Positions 1 through 9,943 of a DNA stretch of 58,688 nucleotides are shown one piece after another. Source of the DNA: Comamonadaceae bacterium. GTDB lineage: Bacteria > Pseudomonadota > Gammaproteobacteria > Burkholderiales > Burkholderiaceae_C. The DNA lies in assembly GCA_947451565.1 (NCBI GenBank), contig CANFZT010000001.1, positions 1 through 58,688 on the forward strand. The letters are read 5' to 3'. Below the pieces are notes generated by a model. The model worked only from the letters and a program-made list of their open reading frames with translations. It made no database searches and had not been told where the DNA came from. Position numbers and translations under genes: made by a program. Within the stretch, counting starts at the first letter, position 1; each line of letters starts with the position of its first letter.

Positions 1-1889
1 AGGTGCAGCTGGTCATAGCTGGCAGGCAAAGTGTTGATACGCCATTTGTGCTCGGTCACCACCGTCAGCAGCTGGGTGTGCGTGTCGCGCCACTCGCGCA
101 CACGGCGCACGTTGATGAAGTTTTGGCGCAACAACGCTTCGTATTGGCGGTTGCTCAGTTTGTGCTCGGTGGGCACGCCAGTTGTTCCCACCTTCACTGC
201 ACCTTGTTTGCTTTGCGGCTGCTTGATGGCAATTTGCTGCTTCATGCTGGCAGGCACATGCGGTTTGCCACCGCGCGAGTTTTCTAGCCATTTCCAGAGG
301 TTGAGGTAGCCGCTGAATTCGCTGCGGTCGTCGTCAAACTTGGCGTGCGCATGGTCAGCCGCAGCTTGCGCTTCCATCGGGCGGTCGCGCACGTCTTGCA
401 CGCTCAGGGCCGAGGCGATGATGAGCACTTCGTCCAGAGCATTGCGGTCACGCGCTTCCAAAATCATGCGGCCTACGCGGGGGTCTAGCGGCAGCTTAGA
501 CAACTCACGGCCCATCGGCGTGAGTTCGTTGTCGTCATCCACCGCGCCAAGCTCGCTCAGCAGTTGATAGCCATCTGCAATGGCTTTGGGGCGCGGGGCT
601 TCGAGAAACGGAAACTGCTCCACGTTGCCCAAGTGCAGCGACTTCATGCGCAAGATCACACCCGCGAGTGAGCTGCGCAAAATTTCGGGATCGGTAAATT
701 TGGTTCGGCCGTTGAAATCCACCTCGTCGTACAAACGAATGCAAATGCCATTGGCCACACGGCCACAGCGACCTGCGCGTTGGTTGGCGGCGGCTTGGCT
801 GATGGGCTCGACCATCAACTGTTCCACCTTGCTGCGCCAGCTGTAGCGCTTGACGCGTGCCGTGCCTGCATCTATCACATAGCGAATGCCGGGCACAGTG
901 AGCGAGGTTTCAGCCACGTTGGTAGCCAGCACGATGCGACGACCACCACGCGTGTCAAACACGCGGTCTTGCTCGGCACTCGACAGTCGCGCAAACAAGG
1001 GTAGCACCTCGGCGCTGCGCATGACAGGGCTGTGGCTCAGGTGGGCACGCAAGTGGTCAGCCGCTTCGCGAATTTCACGCTCGCCCGGCAAGAACACCAA
1101 GATGTCGCCCTGCTGCGACGGGTTGCTCCACAGCTCGTCCACGCCGTCGGCAATGGCGTTGTTCAGGTCGTAATCGCGCTTTTCTTCAAACGGGCGGTAG
1201 CGCATCTCCACGGGGAAGGTACGGCCCGACACCATCAACACCGGCGCTGGCCCTTTGGCTGAAGCAAAGTGCTGCGCAAAGCGGTCTGCATCAATCGTGG
1301 CCGAGGTGACGATGATTTTTAGATCGGGCCTGCGCGGCAAGATTTCGCGCAAGTAGCCCAGCAGGAAGTCGATGTTCAAGCTGCGCTCGTGTGCCTCGTC
1401 AATGATGATGGTGTCGTAGGCCTTGAGCAGCGGGTCGTTTTGTGTCTCGGCCAACAAAATACCGTCGGTCATCAGCTTGACCGAGGCGTCTTTGCTCAGC
1501 CGGTCTTGGAAGCGCACCTTGAAACCCACCACCTCGCCCAGCGGTGTTTTGAGTTCTTCGGCTATGCGCTTGGCCACTGAGCTGGCGGCAATGCGGCGGG
1601 GCTGGGTGTGGCCGATGATCTGCTTGCGAGGAAATTTGGGGTCAGAGCCCGACTTTTGCTTCGCAAAATCGGTGTCTGACCCCAATTTTCCAAGCTCTTT
1701 GCCTTGCCCGCGCCCCAGAGCGAGCGCCATTTTGGGCAGCTGCGTGGTTTTGCCCGAGCCCGTTTCACCGCACACGATGATGACTTGATGCGCCTGCATG
1801 GCAGCCATGATTTCCTCGCGTCTGGCCGAGACGGGCAACGATTCTGGAAATTCAATCTGGAAGGGAACGGGCGTAGACAAAACAGGCAC
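1..1889 (-). CDS. hrpA: ATP-dependent RNA helicase HrpA (5' part; runs off window start; start codon uncertain, 1880/1889/1904)
   Basis: Manual minus-strand translation gives FPESLPVSARREEI, GETGSGKTTQLPK (Walker A), GHTQPRR and IIIDEAHERSLNIDF (DEAH box); the same frame reads LPASYDQLH at the window start. Confidence 0.95.
   Translation of the reverse strand, partial: MPVLSTPVPFQIEFPESLPVSARREEIMAAMQAHQVIIVCGETGSGKTTQLPKMALALGRGQGKELGKLGSDTDFAKQKSGSDPKFPRKQIIGHTQPRRIAASSVAKRIAEELKTPLGEVVGFKVRFQDRLSKDASVKLMTDGILLAETQNDPLLKAYDTIIIDEAHERSLNIDFLLGYLREILPRRPDLKIIVTSATIDADRFAQHFASAKGPAPVLMVSGRTFPVEMRYRPFEEKRDYDLNNAIADGVDELWSNPSQQGDILVFLPGEREIREAADHLRAHLSHSPVMRSAEVLPLFARLSSAEQDRVFDTRGGRRIVLATNVAETSLTVPGIRYVIDAGTARVKRYSWRSKVEQLMVEPISQAAANQRAGRCGRVANGICIRLYDEVDFNGRTKFTDPEILRSSLAGVILRMKSLHLGNVEQFPFLEAPRPKAIADGYQLLSELGAVDDDNELTPMGRELSKLPLDPRVGRMILEARDRNALDEVLIIASALSVQDVRDRPMEAQAAADHAHAKFDDDRSEFSGYLNLWKWLENSRGGKPHVPASMKQQIAIKQPQSKQGAVKVGTTGVPTEHKLSNRQYEALLRQNFINVRRVREWRDTHTQLLTVVTEHKWRINTLPASYDQLH
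1630..1691. repeat. REP-like imperfect palindrome embedded in frame in hrpA
   Basis: ggaaatttggggtcaga-gcccgacttttgc-ttc-gcaaaatcggtg-tctgaccccaattttcc; outer 17-bp arms have 1 mismatch. Confidence 0.8.
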
Positions 1890-1972
1890 TAACTTGATAG
1901 ACAATCCGCAATTATCCCCGTCCGGCTCACACCGAGAACGCCCAGCCCTTTACCCGCCACAAACCAGCCCAC

Positions 1973-3322
1973 ATGTCCGCCGTTTTTGACTTCACCTTTG
2001 TGCCTTGGTTCCGTTCGGTCGCGCCCTACATTCACATGCATCGCGGCAAGACCTTTGTGGTCGGCATCGCGGGCGAGGCGATTGCCGCAGGCAAGCTGCC
2101 CAACTTGGCGCAAGACTTGGCGCTCATCCAAAGCATGGGCGTGCGCATTGTGTTGGTCCACGGTTTTCGCCCACAGGTGAACGAACAGCTGGCCGCCAAA
2201 GGCCATGTGCCCCACTACTCGCACGGCATGCGCATCACCGACGGTGTGGCCCTCGACTGCGCGCAAGAGGCGGCGGGCCAACTGCGCTTTGAAATCGAAG
2301 CGGCATTCAGCCAAGCCTTGCCCAACACGCCCATGGCAGGCGCCACCGTGCGCGTGATTTCGGGCAACTTCATCACCGCTCGCCCTGTGGGCATCTTGGA
2401 CGGCGTGGACTTTCAACACTCGGGCCTCGTGCGCAAGGTGGATGTGGCGGGCATTACCCAAACCTTGGCCGCAGGTTCGATGGTGCTCATCTCCCCTTTT
2501 GGCTTCTCACCCACGGGCGAAGCGTTCAACCTGACCATGGAAGAAGTGGCAACCTCAGTGGCCACGGCGCTGCAAGCCGATAAGCTGATTTTTGTCACCG
2601 AAACCCCAGGCATTCGCATCAACCCCGCTGAGCCTGCGAGCGAAGACAACCCCATCGACACCGAGTTGCCCTTGGCAGCCGCCAAACAACTGCTGGCCAC
2701 CCTGCCCCACACCACCGACCCCTCCGACATCGCGTTTTACTTGCAGCATTGTGTGAAAGCCTGTGAGACAGGCGTGGAGCGTAGCCACATCTTGCCGTTT
2801 GCAGTGGATGGCTCGCTGCTGCTAGAGGTCTACATGCATGACGGCATCGGCACCATGGTGGTGGACGAAAAGCTGGAAAGCCTGCGCGAAGCCACGCACG
2901 AAGATGTGGGCGGCATCTTGCAACTGATTGAGCCGTTTGAGAAAGACGGCACCTTGGTCAAGCGTGACCGCAACGAGATTGAACGCGATGTGGGCCAATA
3001 CACCGTCATCGAACATGACGGCGTCATCTTTGCCTGTGCAGCGCTCTACCCCTACCCTGAAGCCCAAACCGCGGAGATGGCGGCGCTCACCGTGTCACCT
3101 CAATCACAAGGTCAAGGCGATGGCGAGAAGGTGCTCAAGCGCATAGAACAACGCGCCCGCAACAAAGGCCTCAAAAGCATTTTTGTGTTGACCACGCGCA
3201 CCAAGCACTGGTTCTTGAAGCGTGGTTTTGTGCAGGTCGACCCCGACTGGTTGCCCGAAGCGCGCAAGCGCAAATACAACTGGGACCGCAAGAGCTTGGT
3301 TCTGGTGAAGAAACTGTCATGA
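1973..3322 (+). CDS. argA: Amino-acid N-acetyltransferase (N-acetylglutamate synthase)
   Basis: FVPWFRSVAPYIH..RGKTFVV, amino-acid-kinase-like domain plus C-terminal GNAT (FVLTTRT.HWF..RGF, YNW.R.S). Confidence 0.97.
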   Translation: MSAVFDFTFVPWFRSVAPYIHMHRGKTFVVGIAGEAIAAGKLPNLAQDLALIQSMGVRIVLVHGFRPQVNEQLAAKGHVPHYSHGMRITDGVALDCAQEAAGQLRFEIEAAFSQALPNTPMAGATVRVISGNFITARPVGILDGVDFQHSGLVRKVDVAGITQTLAAGSMVLISPFGFSPTGEAFNLTMEEVATSVATALQADKLIFVTETPGIRINPAEPASEDNPIDTELPLAAAKQLLATLPHTTDPSDIAFYLQHCVKACETGVERSHILPFAVDGSLLLEVYMHDGIGTMVVDEKLESLREATHEDVGGILQLIEPFEKDGTLVKRDRNEIERDVGQYTVIEHDGVIFACAALYPYPEAQTAEMAALTVSPQSQGQGDGEKVLKRIEQRARNKGLKSIFVLTTRTKHWFLKRGFVQVDPDWLPEARKRKYNWDRKSLVLVKKLS

Positions 3323-3326
3323 CAAA

Positions 3327-3884
3327 TTAGGTCAACACGTCTTCGCCAGCGTTCGTGTCAGTCGTCGTCACCGGTTGAGACATCAAGCGAACGACTGTGG
3401 CCAAGGCCAATAAACCCAAACCCACAAACGCCACAAATGACCAATTGGCAATCGAACCGCCTAAAAAGGTCCAATCCACTTTGCTGCAATCGCCACCGCC
3501 CTTAAAAATCATGGGAATGGCGCGTTGTAGCGGGAAAGTTTCGATCATGCCGTAGAAGTCGCGGCCACACGACACCACCTCGGGTGGGTACCACTGCAGC
3601 CACGTTTGGCGCGCCGCCACATACGCTCCGCCACCCGCCAACAGCACTAGCACACTGCCTACCGTCAACGAGGCGGTACGGCCTGACAAGCCTGCGCCCA
3701 ACAAGGCCACCAAGCCTATCAACACCATCACATAGCGTTGCACGATGCACATGGGGCAAGGCTCTAAACCCACCACATGTTGCAAATACATGCCAAAGCT
3801 CAACAAAGCGGCACATACCAAGAAGATAAACAAGCAAATGCGGCGAGGACTATCCAAAAGTATTACAAACACAACAGTCTCCAA
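3327..3884 (-). CDS. dsbB: Disulfide bond formation protein B (start approximate)
   Basis: LEPCPMCIVQR motif, second Cys pair (SCG...GDC), WTFLG.SIANWS, four hydrophobic segments. Confidence 0.93.
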   Translation of the reverse strand: METVVFVILLDSPRRICLFIFLVCAALLSFGMYLQHVVGLEPCPMCIVQRYVMVLIGLVALLGAGLSGRTASLTVGSVLVLLAGGGAYVAARQTWLQWYPPEVVSCGRDFYGMIETFPLQRAIPMIFKGGGDCSKVDWTFLGGSIANWSFVAFVGLGLLALATVVRLMSQPVTTTDTNAGEDVLT

Positions 3885-3958
3885 AGGGGCTAGTTCTGAT
3901 TGTCGCTGTGAAACAATGAGGTCTGACGCGATCAGCGCACATTACCCGATACAAAGCC

Positions 3959-6151
3959 ATGACTTTACGCACGCCACAGCTCGCCGATACGCCCCGTTTA
4001 CACAACTTCGTCAACCAACTCGACGCTTTGCTCAACAGCACTTCAGACGAAGCCGCCATTTTGGCAAGTGGCAAAACCTTACTGGCTGATTTGGTGAGCC
4101 AAGACGATTGGCTACCCGACGACTACGCACTGCCTAACCCCGAGCGCTACCAACAGTTCTTGCTCTATGCCGACCCGGATGACCGTTTTTCGGTGGTGAG
4201 TTTTGTGTGGGGCCCTGGCCAAGCCACCCCCATTCACGACCACACCGTCTGGGGCTTGATTGGTATGTTGCGTGGCGCCGAGCTGTGTCAGCCCTTTGCC
4301 AAAAACGCTCAAGGCCAGTGGCAGCCCAGCGGCGAGCAAACCCGATTGACGCCAGGCCATGTGGAAGCCGTCTCGCCCACCATTGGTGATGTGCACCGTG
4401 TATGGAACGCCCTGAGCGACCAAGCCTCCATCAGCATCCATGTGTACGGCGCCAACATTGGCAAGGTGAGCCGCCATGTGTTTCATGAAGACGGGACGGT
4501 GAAAGAATTTATCTCTGGCTACAGCAATGCCAAAGCACAAGCGCCGCTTGAGTTCCCCCTCGCTTCATATGCAAGCATTCGCGAAACCCTTTTGCAACGC
4601 CAAGAAATTGCTATCCTCGACGTGCGCGAGGAAGACCCCTTCGCGCAATGCCACCCGCTGTTTGCTGCCAACATGCCACTGGGCCGCATCGAAGCCGATG
4701 CATGGACACGCATCCCTCGCCTAGACACCTTCACCGTGGTGTACGGCACCGCCTTCAACGGCGACGACCTGGCCCTGCCCGCAGCCCGCACCTTGAAGCG
4801 CATGGGCTACACGAATGTGCATTTACTCGCAGGCGGCCTGCAAGGCTGGCAAGACGCCGGCGGCGAAGTGTTCCGTGATGTCAACGTGCCTAGCAAATCG
4901 TTTGGCGAGTTAGTCGAATCCAAGCGTCACACACCGTCACTCTCGGCCCAAGAAGTCAAAGCCTTGATTGATGCCAAAGCCGATGTCGTGGTGATGGACG
5001 CACGCCGTTTTGACGAGTACCAAACCATGAGTATTCCCAGCGGCATCAGCGTGCCTGGGGCCGAGCTGGTGTTGCGCGCACGCGCGCTAGCACCCAATGT
5101 GACCACGCGCATCATCGTCAACTGCGCGGGCCGCACACGCAGCATCATTGGCACGCAGTCGCTCATCAACTCAGGCATTCCCAACCCCGTGAGCGCCCTA
5201 CGCAATGGCACGATTGGCTGGACCTTGGCAGGCCAAGAACTGGTCAAAGGTGCGCGTGACCATTTCCCCGAAGTTGACGATGCCACCCGTGCCAAAGCCG
5301 CAGCCAGCGCGTTCGCCGTGGCCATGCGTGCCGGGGTGAAGCGCGTGCGCATGGATGAAGTCAACGTCTGGCTGGCCGACCCCACACGCACCACCTATTT
5401 CTTTGATGTGCGCACGCCCGAAGAATACGCCGCAGGCCATGTAGCCGGTGCGCGCAGCGCCCCTGGCGGCCAACTGGTGCAAGAGACCGACCATCAAGCG
5501 GCTGTGCGCGGCGCACGCTTGGTGCTGTGCGACAACGATGGGGTACGCGCCCACATGTCAGCTTCGTGGCTGGCCCAGATGGGCTGGGAGGTGTATGTGT
5601 TGCATGGCCTGACCGACGAAGACTTCACACACACCGACATGCCACCACCGCGCGTGCCTGAACCGCAAAGCCAAGTGACCGCCGTGAAGGCTGACCAAGT
5701 TAAAACCTGGCTGGCCAACCGCAACAGCCACACCGTGGTGCTCGACTTCAGCACCAGCGCCCAGTACATCCAAGGCCACATCCATAGCGCTTGGTGGGTG
5801 CTGCGCACGCAGCTCAAAGAGTCACTCACCGCGGCACACAAAGGCTACCGCTATGTGTTGACCTGCAGCAACGGCAGCGTGTCGCGCTTTGCGTTGGCCG
5901 ATGTCCAAGCGGCTGTCAAACCAGGCGTGGACGTAGTGTGGCTCGAAGGCGGCAACGCCGCTTGGGTGGCCGCCGGTGGCAAGCTCAACACAGGCGCGCA
6001 CCAAATGGCGGTCGAACGTGTCGACCGCTACCGTCGCCCCTATGAAGGCACTAACAACCCCGTAGAAGCCATGCAGGGCTACCTCGATTGGGAGTTTGGT
6101 TTGGTCGAGCAGCTCGCTCGCGATGGCACTCACCATTTCAAAGTCATCTAA
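3959..6151 (+). CDS. Fusion of thiol dioxygenase (cysteine/3-mercaptopropionate dioxygenase-like cupin) and multi-rhodanese sulfurtransferase
   Basis: N-terminal YQQFLLY, TPIHDHTVWG, DVHRV, SIHVYG; C-terminal repeated rhodanese motifs (LDVRE, DARRFDEY, NCAGRTRS, DVRTPEEY..GH, LEGGNAAW). Confidence 0.88.
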   Translation: MTLRTPQLADTPRLHNFVNQLDALLNSTSDEAAILASGKTLLADLVSQDDWLPDDYALPNPERYQQFLLYADPDDRFSVVSFVWGPGQATPIHDHTVWGLIGMLRGAELCQPFAKNAQGQWQPSGEQTRLTPGHVEAVSPTIGDVHRVWNALSDQASISIHVYGANIGKVSRHVFHEDGTVKEFISGYSNAKAQAPLEFPLASYASIRETLLQRQEIAILDVREEDPFAQCHPLFAANMPLGRIEADAWTRIPRLDTFTVVYGTAFNGDDLALPAARTLKRMGYTNVHLLAGGLQGWQDAGGEVFRDVNVPSKSFGELVESKRHTPSLSAQEVKALIDAKADVVVMDARRFDEYQTMSIPSGISVPGAELVLRARALAPNVTTRIIVNCAGRTRSIIGTQSLINSGIPNPVSALRNGTIGWTLAGQELVKGARDHFPEVDDATRAKAAASAFAVAMRAGVKRVRMDEVNVWLADPTRTTYFFDVRTPEEYAAGHVAGARSAPGGQLVQETDHQAAVRGARLVLCDNDGVRAHMSASWLAQMGWEVYVLHGLTDEDFTHTDMPPPRVPEPQSQVTAVKADQVKTWLANRNSHTVVLDFSTSAQYIQGHIHSAWWVLRTQLKESLTAAHKGYRYVLTCSNGSVSRFALADVQAAVKPGVDVVWLEGGNAAWVAAGGKLNTGAHQMAVERVDRYRRPYEGTNNPVEAMQGYLDWEFGLVEQLARDGTHHFKVI

Positions 6152-6232
6152 GCCCCAGCCTTTCTAAGCGTTCTCAAACATTGCTACAGTCTTGTTTTAG
6201 TTTTTAACCCTCATATAAGAGAAGCACATCAC

Positions 6233-6505
6233 ATGTCACGCACCGTTCAATGCATCAAACTCGGCACCGAAGCAGAGGGCCTCGATTTACCACCCTACCC
6301 AGGTGAGTTGGGCAAGCGCATTTGGGAAAGCGTTAGCAAACAAGCTTGGGCCGATTGGATCAAGCAACAAACCATGTTGGTCAACGAAAACCGTTTGAAC
6401 TTGGCCGACCTGCGCGCCCGTGAATACTTGAAGCGCCAAATGGAAAAGCATTTCTTTGGCGATGGTGCTGACGCCGTACAAGGCTACGTGCCCCCTAGTG
6501 CGTAA
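6233..6505 (+). CDS. yggX: Oxidative damage protection / Fe(II)-trafficking protein YggX
   Basis: [28 protein letters not shown]...SK.AW..W...QTMLVNE.RL family signature. Confidence 0.95.
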   Translation: MSRTVQCIKLGTEAEGLDLPPYPGELGKRIWESVSKQAWADWIKQQTMLVNENRLNLADLRAREYLKRQMEKHFFGDGADAVQGYVPPSA

Positions 6506-6510
6506 CCCGC

Positions 6511-8085
6511 GTGGTTCGTTCACACGAACTACATGCATGGCACGGCTGCGACAGCTGGTGCCACACCCAAGCCAGCTTTGACGAGCTGGCTTTTCTGCGT
6601 TTATGGCACAACTGGGCAGCGGATCCCGCGCGCCCCAAGCACTTACATGTTGTCGCGCACACGGAACAGGCCTTGCGGGCAGATGCATTGCGCGCGGCTG
6701 CGGCTGATAACCTCGCACTACAGCCTTTGGCGTGGCAACTGGCCGAGCAATGCTGGGGCTTGCTACCCGGCATCCATCGCTTGTGGTTTGCGCTCAACAC
6801 AGGCCCCGATACACAGGCGCGCTTGATGCTCACACTCTGTGTCGGTGCGCATGCGAACTGGCCCGAATTTACAGAGGTGCTACGCACACACCCCACCGGC
6901 CCCTGCCCAATACCGCCAGAAACTGCGGCATTGAGAGAACGCAGTGTGACCATCGTCGGCGCAGGCATTGCCGGTGCGGGTAGTGCATGGGCATTGGCCG
7001 AACGCGGATGGCTCGTCACGGTTTTAGACGCGGGCGGGCAACCCGCAGCAGGCGCATCTGGCCTGCCTGTGGGAGTGGTGGCACCACACACCTCTCTCGA
7101 TGACAGCGGCGTGTCGCGCCTCTCTCGCGCAGGCCTGCGCCACATGGAACAAACCATGCGCCTGCTAATGACACCAGGCGTGGACTGGGGCAACAGCGGT
7201 GTACGCGAACGCCGCTTGCCCGGCAAAACACGACGTGGGGGCCTGCCCCCCAGTTGGCTGAACGAAAACGCGCTGACTGCTAACGACTGGACATGCCAAG
7301 CCCCTGCGCCCGCACCTGACGATGCCTACTGGCATCCACACGGCGCGTGGCTAAGACCTGCCCACTTGGTACGCGCGCTGTTAGACCACCCGAATATCCA
7401 TTGGCAAGGCCATGCGAAGGTGGATACACTCAAACACACCGACTGCAAATGGCAGCTGATGCAGGGTCGTACTGTTTTGGCTGAATCATCACGCGTTGTA
7501 TTAGCCGCAGGCCCCGGTTCTACGGCACTCATCGCCACTGCAACAGAGGATGGCCGTGCTCCGCGTATCAATCCACTGCGCGGACAAGTCTCTTGGGGTT
7601 TGATGGCTGATGTGCCCGAAGGCTCACACATGCCCGCCACCCCTGTGAATGGCAACGGCAGTTTTGTGTACAACATTCCTTCGTCGAACGGGCTCGCGTG
7701 GTACACGGGTGCAACCTATGACAGAATCCACAGTGATGCGCGCTTGTTAGACCACGACCATGTCGAAAACCTAGAACGCCTGAAAGCTTTGGAACCAGAT
7801 ACAGCCGCTGCAATTGCGCCCTTGTTTGCGAGCGTGGGGACACACGCACCCCGTGTACACGGTTGGGCAGGCGTGCGCTGCGTTGTACACGACCGATTGC
7901 CAATGACGGGGCGCGTTCACAACGCCCCCGAAGGTTTGTACATGAACACAGCAATGGGGTCACGCGGTTTAACACTGGGTTTGCTTTGCGGTGAGTTACT
8001 GGCTGCGCAATGGCATGGCGAGCCGCTGCCCATCGAAGCACGTTTGGCAAAGTTTTTAGATGCCAATCGCTTTGCGCCTATTTAG
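6511..8085 (+). CDS. mnmC: MnmC-like FAD-dependent oxidoreductase (tRNA cmnm5s2U34 oxidase domain) with degenerate N-terminal methyltransferase remnant
   Basis: IVGAGIAG FAD motif, AAGASG, RGQVS, GATY, WAGVRC...DRLP, GSRGLT; N-terminus retains W..DPARP..LH and WGLLPG.HRL but no ETGFG SAM motif. Confidence 0.75.
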   Translation: MVRSHELHAWHGCDSWCHTQASFDELAFLRLWHNWAADPARPKHLHVVAHTEQALRADALRAAAADNLALQPLAWQLAEQCWGLLPGIHRLWFALNTGPDTQARLMLTLCVGAHANWPEFTEVLRTHPTGPCPIPPETAALRERSVTIVGAGIAGAGSAWALAERGWLVTVLDAGGQPAAGASGLPVGVVAPHTSLDDSGVSRLSRAGLRHMEQTMRLLMTPGVDWGNSGVRERRLPGKTRRGGLPPSWLNENALTANDWTCQAPAPAPDDAYWHPHGAWLRPAHLVRALLDHPNIHWQGHAKVDTLKHTDCKWQLMQGRTVLAESSRVVLAAGPGSTALIATATEDGRAPRINPLRGQVSWGLMADVPEGSHMPATPVNGNGSFVYNIPSSNGLAWYTGATYDRIHSDARLLDHDHVENLERLKALEPDTAAAIAPLFASVGTHAPRVHGWAGVRCVVHDRLPMTGRVHNAPEGLYMNTAMGSRGLTLGLLCGELLAAQWHGEPLPIEARLAKFLDANRFAPI

Positions 8086-8116
8086 CCAGCGAAGATGCAC
8101 GACGCAAGATCCCCAA

Positions 8117-8497
8117 CTATTTGGTCAAGCTCGTGACATAAGCAATGACGTCAGCCCTGTCTTTTGCATCTTGAAGCCCATCGTATTTCATGCGACCACC
8201 CGGCACAACTTTTTTAGGTGCTGTGATGTAAGCCTCTAGCTTCTCCGCAGTCCAGGTCCAGTCGACTTTTTTCATCGCCTCTGAATAACCAGAAAAATCG
8301 GTGACAGAGCCAGCTCTTCTGCCCATCACCCCCACAAGTGAGGGACCACGTTTGTTACGGCCCGGTGTAGTGCTGTGACAGTCGCTGCACTCCTCCGTGA
8401 AGACAGAAGCACCTGCCTTCGCGTTTCCTTCTGCATGACTGGCGGTGGAGATCACAGCAAGCGATGCCAGCGATACCCATACGGCTATTTTTTTCAT
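8117..8497 (-). CDS. Periplasmic class I monoheme cytochrome c (cytochrome c2-like)
   Basis: Signal peptide, CSDCH, GPSLVGV.GR.AG, YS.AM, P...VPG..M distal Met. Confidence 0.93.
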   Translation of the reverse strand: MKKIAVWVSLASLAVISTASHAEGNAKAGASVFTEECSDCHSTTPGRNKRGPSLVGVMGRRAGSVTDFSGYSEAMKKVDWTWTAEKLEAYITAPKKVVPGGRMKYDGLQDAKDRADVIAYVTSLTK

Positions 8498-8509
8498 AGC
8501 AGCCTTAAA

Positions 8510-9895
8510 TTAAATAGATGTCCAGACAAACAACATTAATGTGTTGTTGTCTTTTGCATTGCGCAGATCTCCGCTTCCATCAATATAGGTAGCCCCACCC
8601 ATATAGCGCTGATAGCCGGTATATTGAATCCCCATTCGGACATTTGCGTTAGGCGCTAACCATGACTTCTCTTGTCCCCATGGTGTCCAGTCGAACTGAA
8701 CCGTGTAGCCTGATGTATTGGGGCGTAAAGATGCAGAGCCCCCCGCAGAACCCAAAGTTCCGCTATAGCTGCTGTCCGCAGTCGCACGGTTGTCGAACAA
8801 ACCTAAAGTCGTACCCCAATGCTGTTTGTAGTGATACGAACCTGCAATACGGAACTGATTAGCAGTGGTTTGCGCTTGATCGCCCTCGGCCAACACACCA
8901 TAGGTATATCCAAGATTTCTTTTTTCTCGAATATAGCTAGAGGTCAATGTGAACATGTGCTCACGGTTACCAAGGAACTGATAAGAGGCATCGACACCAA
9001 AGTCTTTGTAGTTGTCAGTATCTCCGCCTGCATAAGTGCGATCAGGTCTGACTTTTGCGCCGAAGTAAAGCAAACCAACGGACCAATTGCTTCGTTTTTG
9101 ATCAGCAAGATAGGCCACTCGCATGTAATCCGCGAAGCCTTTGAAGCTGCCGGCATCCCCGCTGCCCATTCGGCTCAATGTCTGCTGGCTCGGGGTGTTG
9201 TATAAGCCGTACTCAGCATAAATGCCATTTTGAAGGAATGAATATAAATTCAAACCAACAACACTACCGCCCAATCGTTCAACCAAGGGCACGGTTTGAT
9301 CTGCAGGAGAGTATCCAAAGTCTGACGAAATATAAGGAAACCGCCACTGCCCCAAAGTATTCACAGGATCGGTCAAGGTTGGATTGTTATTGAGGGAGAT
9401 GCCGATGGTCGCCTCTTGGTCTTGAACCGTTACCGATTTGGTGTGACGAATGTCGAGTTGGTCAACCGCCCATTTTTTGTCTACCCCGGAGTAAGTCAAT
9501 TGAGTAAAGCTACCCACGCGCTCCGACAAACGACCAGCCAAGAAAAGCGAAGCTTCCTGAAAAATAGCATTGTTATTAGACTTAAATCCATCTGCTGAAT
9601 CGCCCTCTGCAGCCGCCTTTCTAGTCTTTGTCAAATTGCCCACCAACATGCCTGAAAGCGGAACTTTGCTTGAATCACTGCCATTGGAGTCAATGTAGCC
9701 ATCCATTTTGAATCGCATGCCATAGGGGGTCAATTGTGGGCCGAATCCACCGACGTGACAGCCACCACAATCGCTGCCCGTTTGGCGTGCGTAACTGGGT
9801 ACGGCGAAACTCGTCGAGGGAACGATTGCGCCAGAAAATACAGCAAGGGCAATTAACGCGCATCGCGTCCATGTCATTTGCAAAAGATTTTTCAT
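8510..9895 (-). CDS. cyc2: Cyc2-family fused monoheme cytochrome c / outer-membrane porin
   Basis: Signal peptide, then AVPSYARQTGSDCGGCH...PQLTPYG.RFK..GY (Cyc2 N-terminal heme motif), then ~400 aa of amphipathic beta-strand-like sequence ending DNNTLMLFVWTSI. Confidence 0.78.
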   Translation of the reverse strand: MKNLLQMTWTRCALIALAVFSGAIVPSTSFAVPSYARQTGSDCGGCHVGGFGPQLTPYGMRFKMDGYIDSNGSDSSKVPLSGMLVGNLTKTRKAAAEGDSADGFKSNNNAIFQEASLFLAGRLSERVGSFTQLTYSGVDKKWAVDQLDIRHTKSVTVQDQEATIGISLNNNPTLTDPVNTLGQWRFPYISSDFGYSPADQTVPLVERLGGSVVGLNLYSFLQNGIYAEYGLYNTPSQQTLSRMGSGDAGSFKGFADYMRVAYLADQKRSNWSVGLLYFGAKVRPDRTYAGGDTDNYKDFGVDASYQFLGNREHMFTLTSSYIREKRNLGYTYGVLAEGDQAQTTANQFRIAGSYHYKQHWGTTLGLFDNRATADSSYSGTLGSAGGSASLRPNTSGYTVQFDWTPWGQEKSWLAPNANVRMGIQYTGYQRYMGGATYIDGSGDLRNAKDNNTLMLFVWTSI

Positions 9896-9943
9896 TTAGA
9901 ACTCATTGATCTGATGTGATGGCCATATTTTGATCACGTCATA

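Noticed and set aside
3-1892. Many short plus-strand ORFs in the track
   Set aside because: Antisense shadows of hrpA, which the track missed because it has no stop within the window
9931-9943. TTGATCACGTCAT as an FNR box upstream of the cytochromes
   Set aside because: Only the TTGAT half matches; spacing and second half do not fit TTGAT-N4-ATCAA
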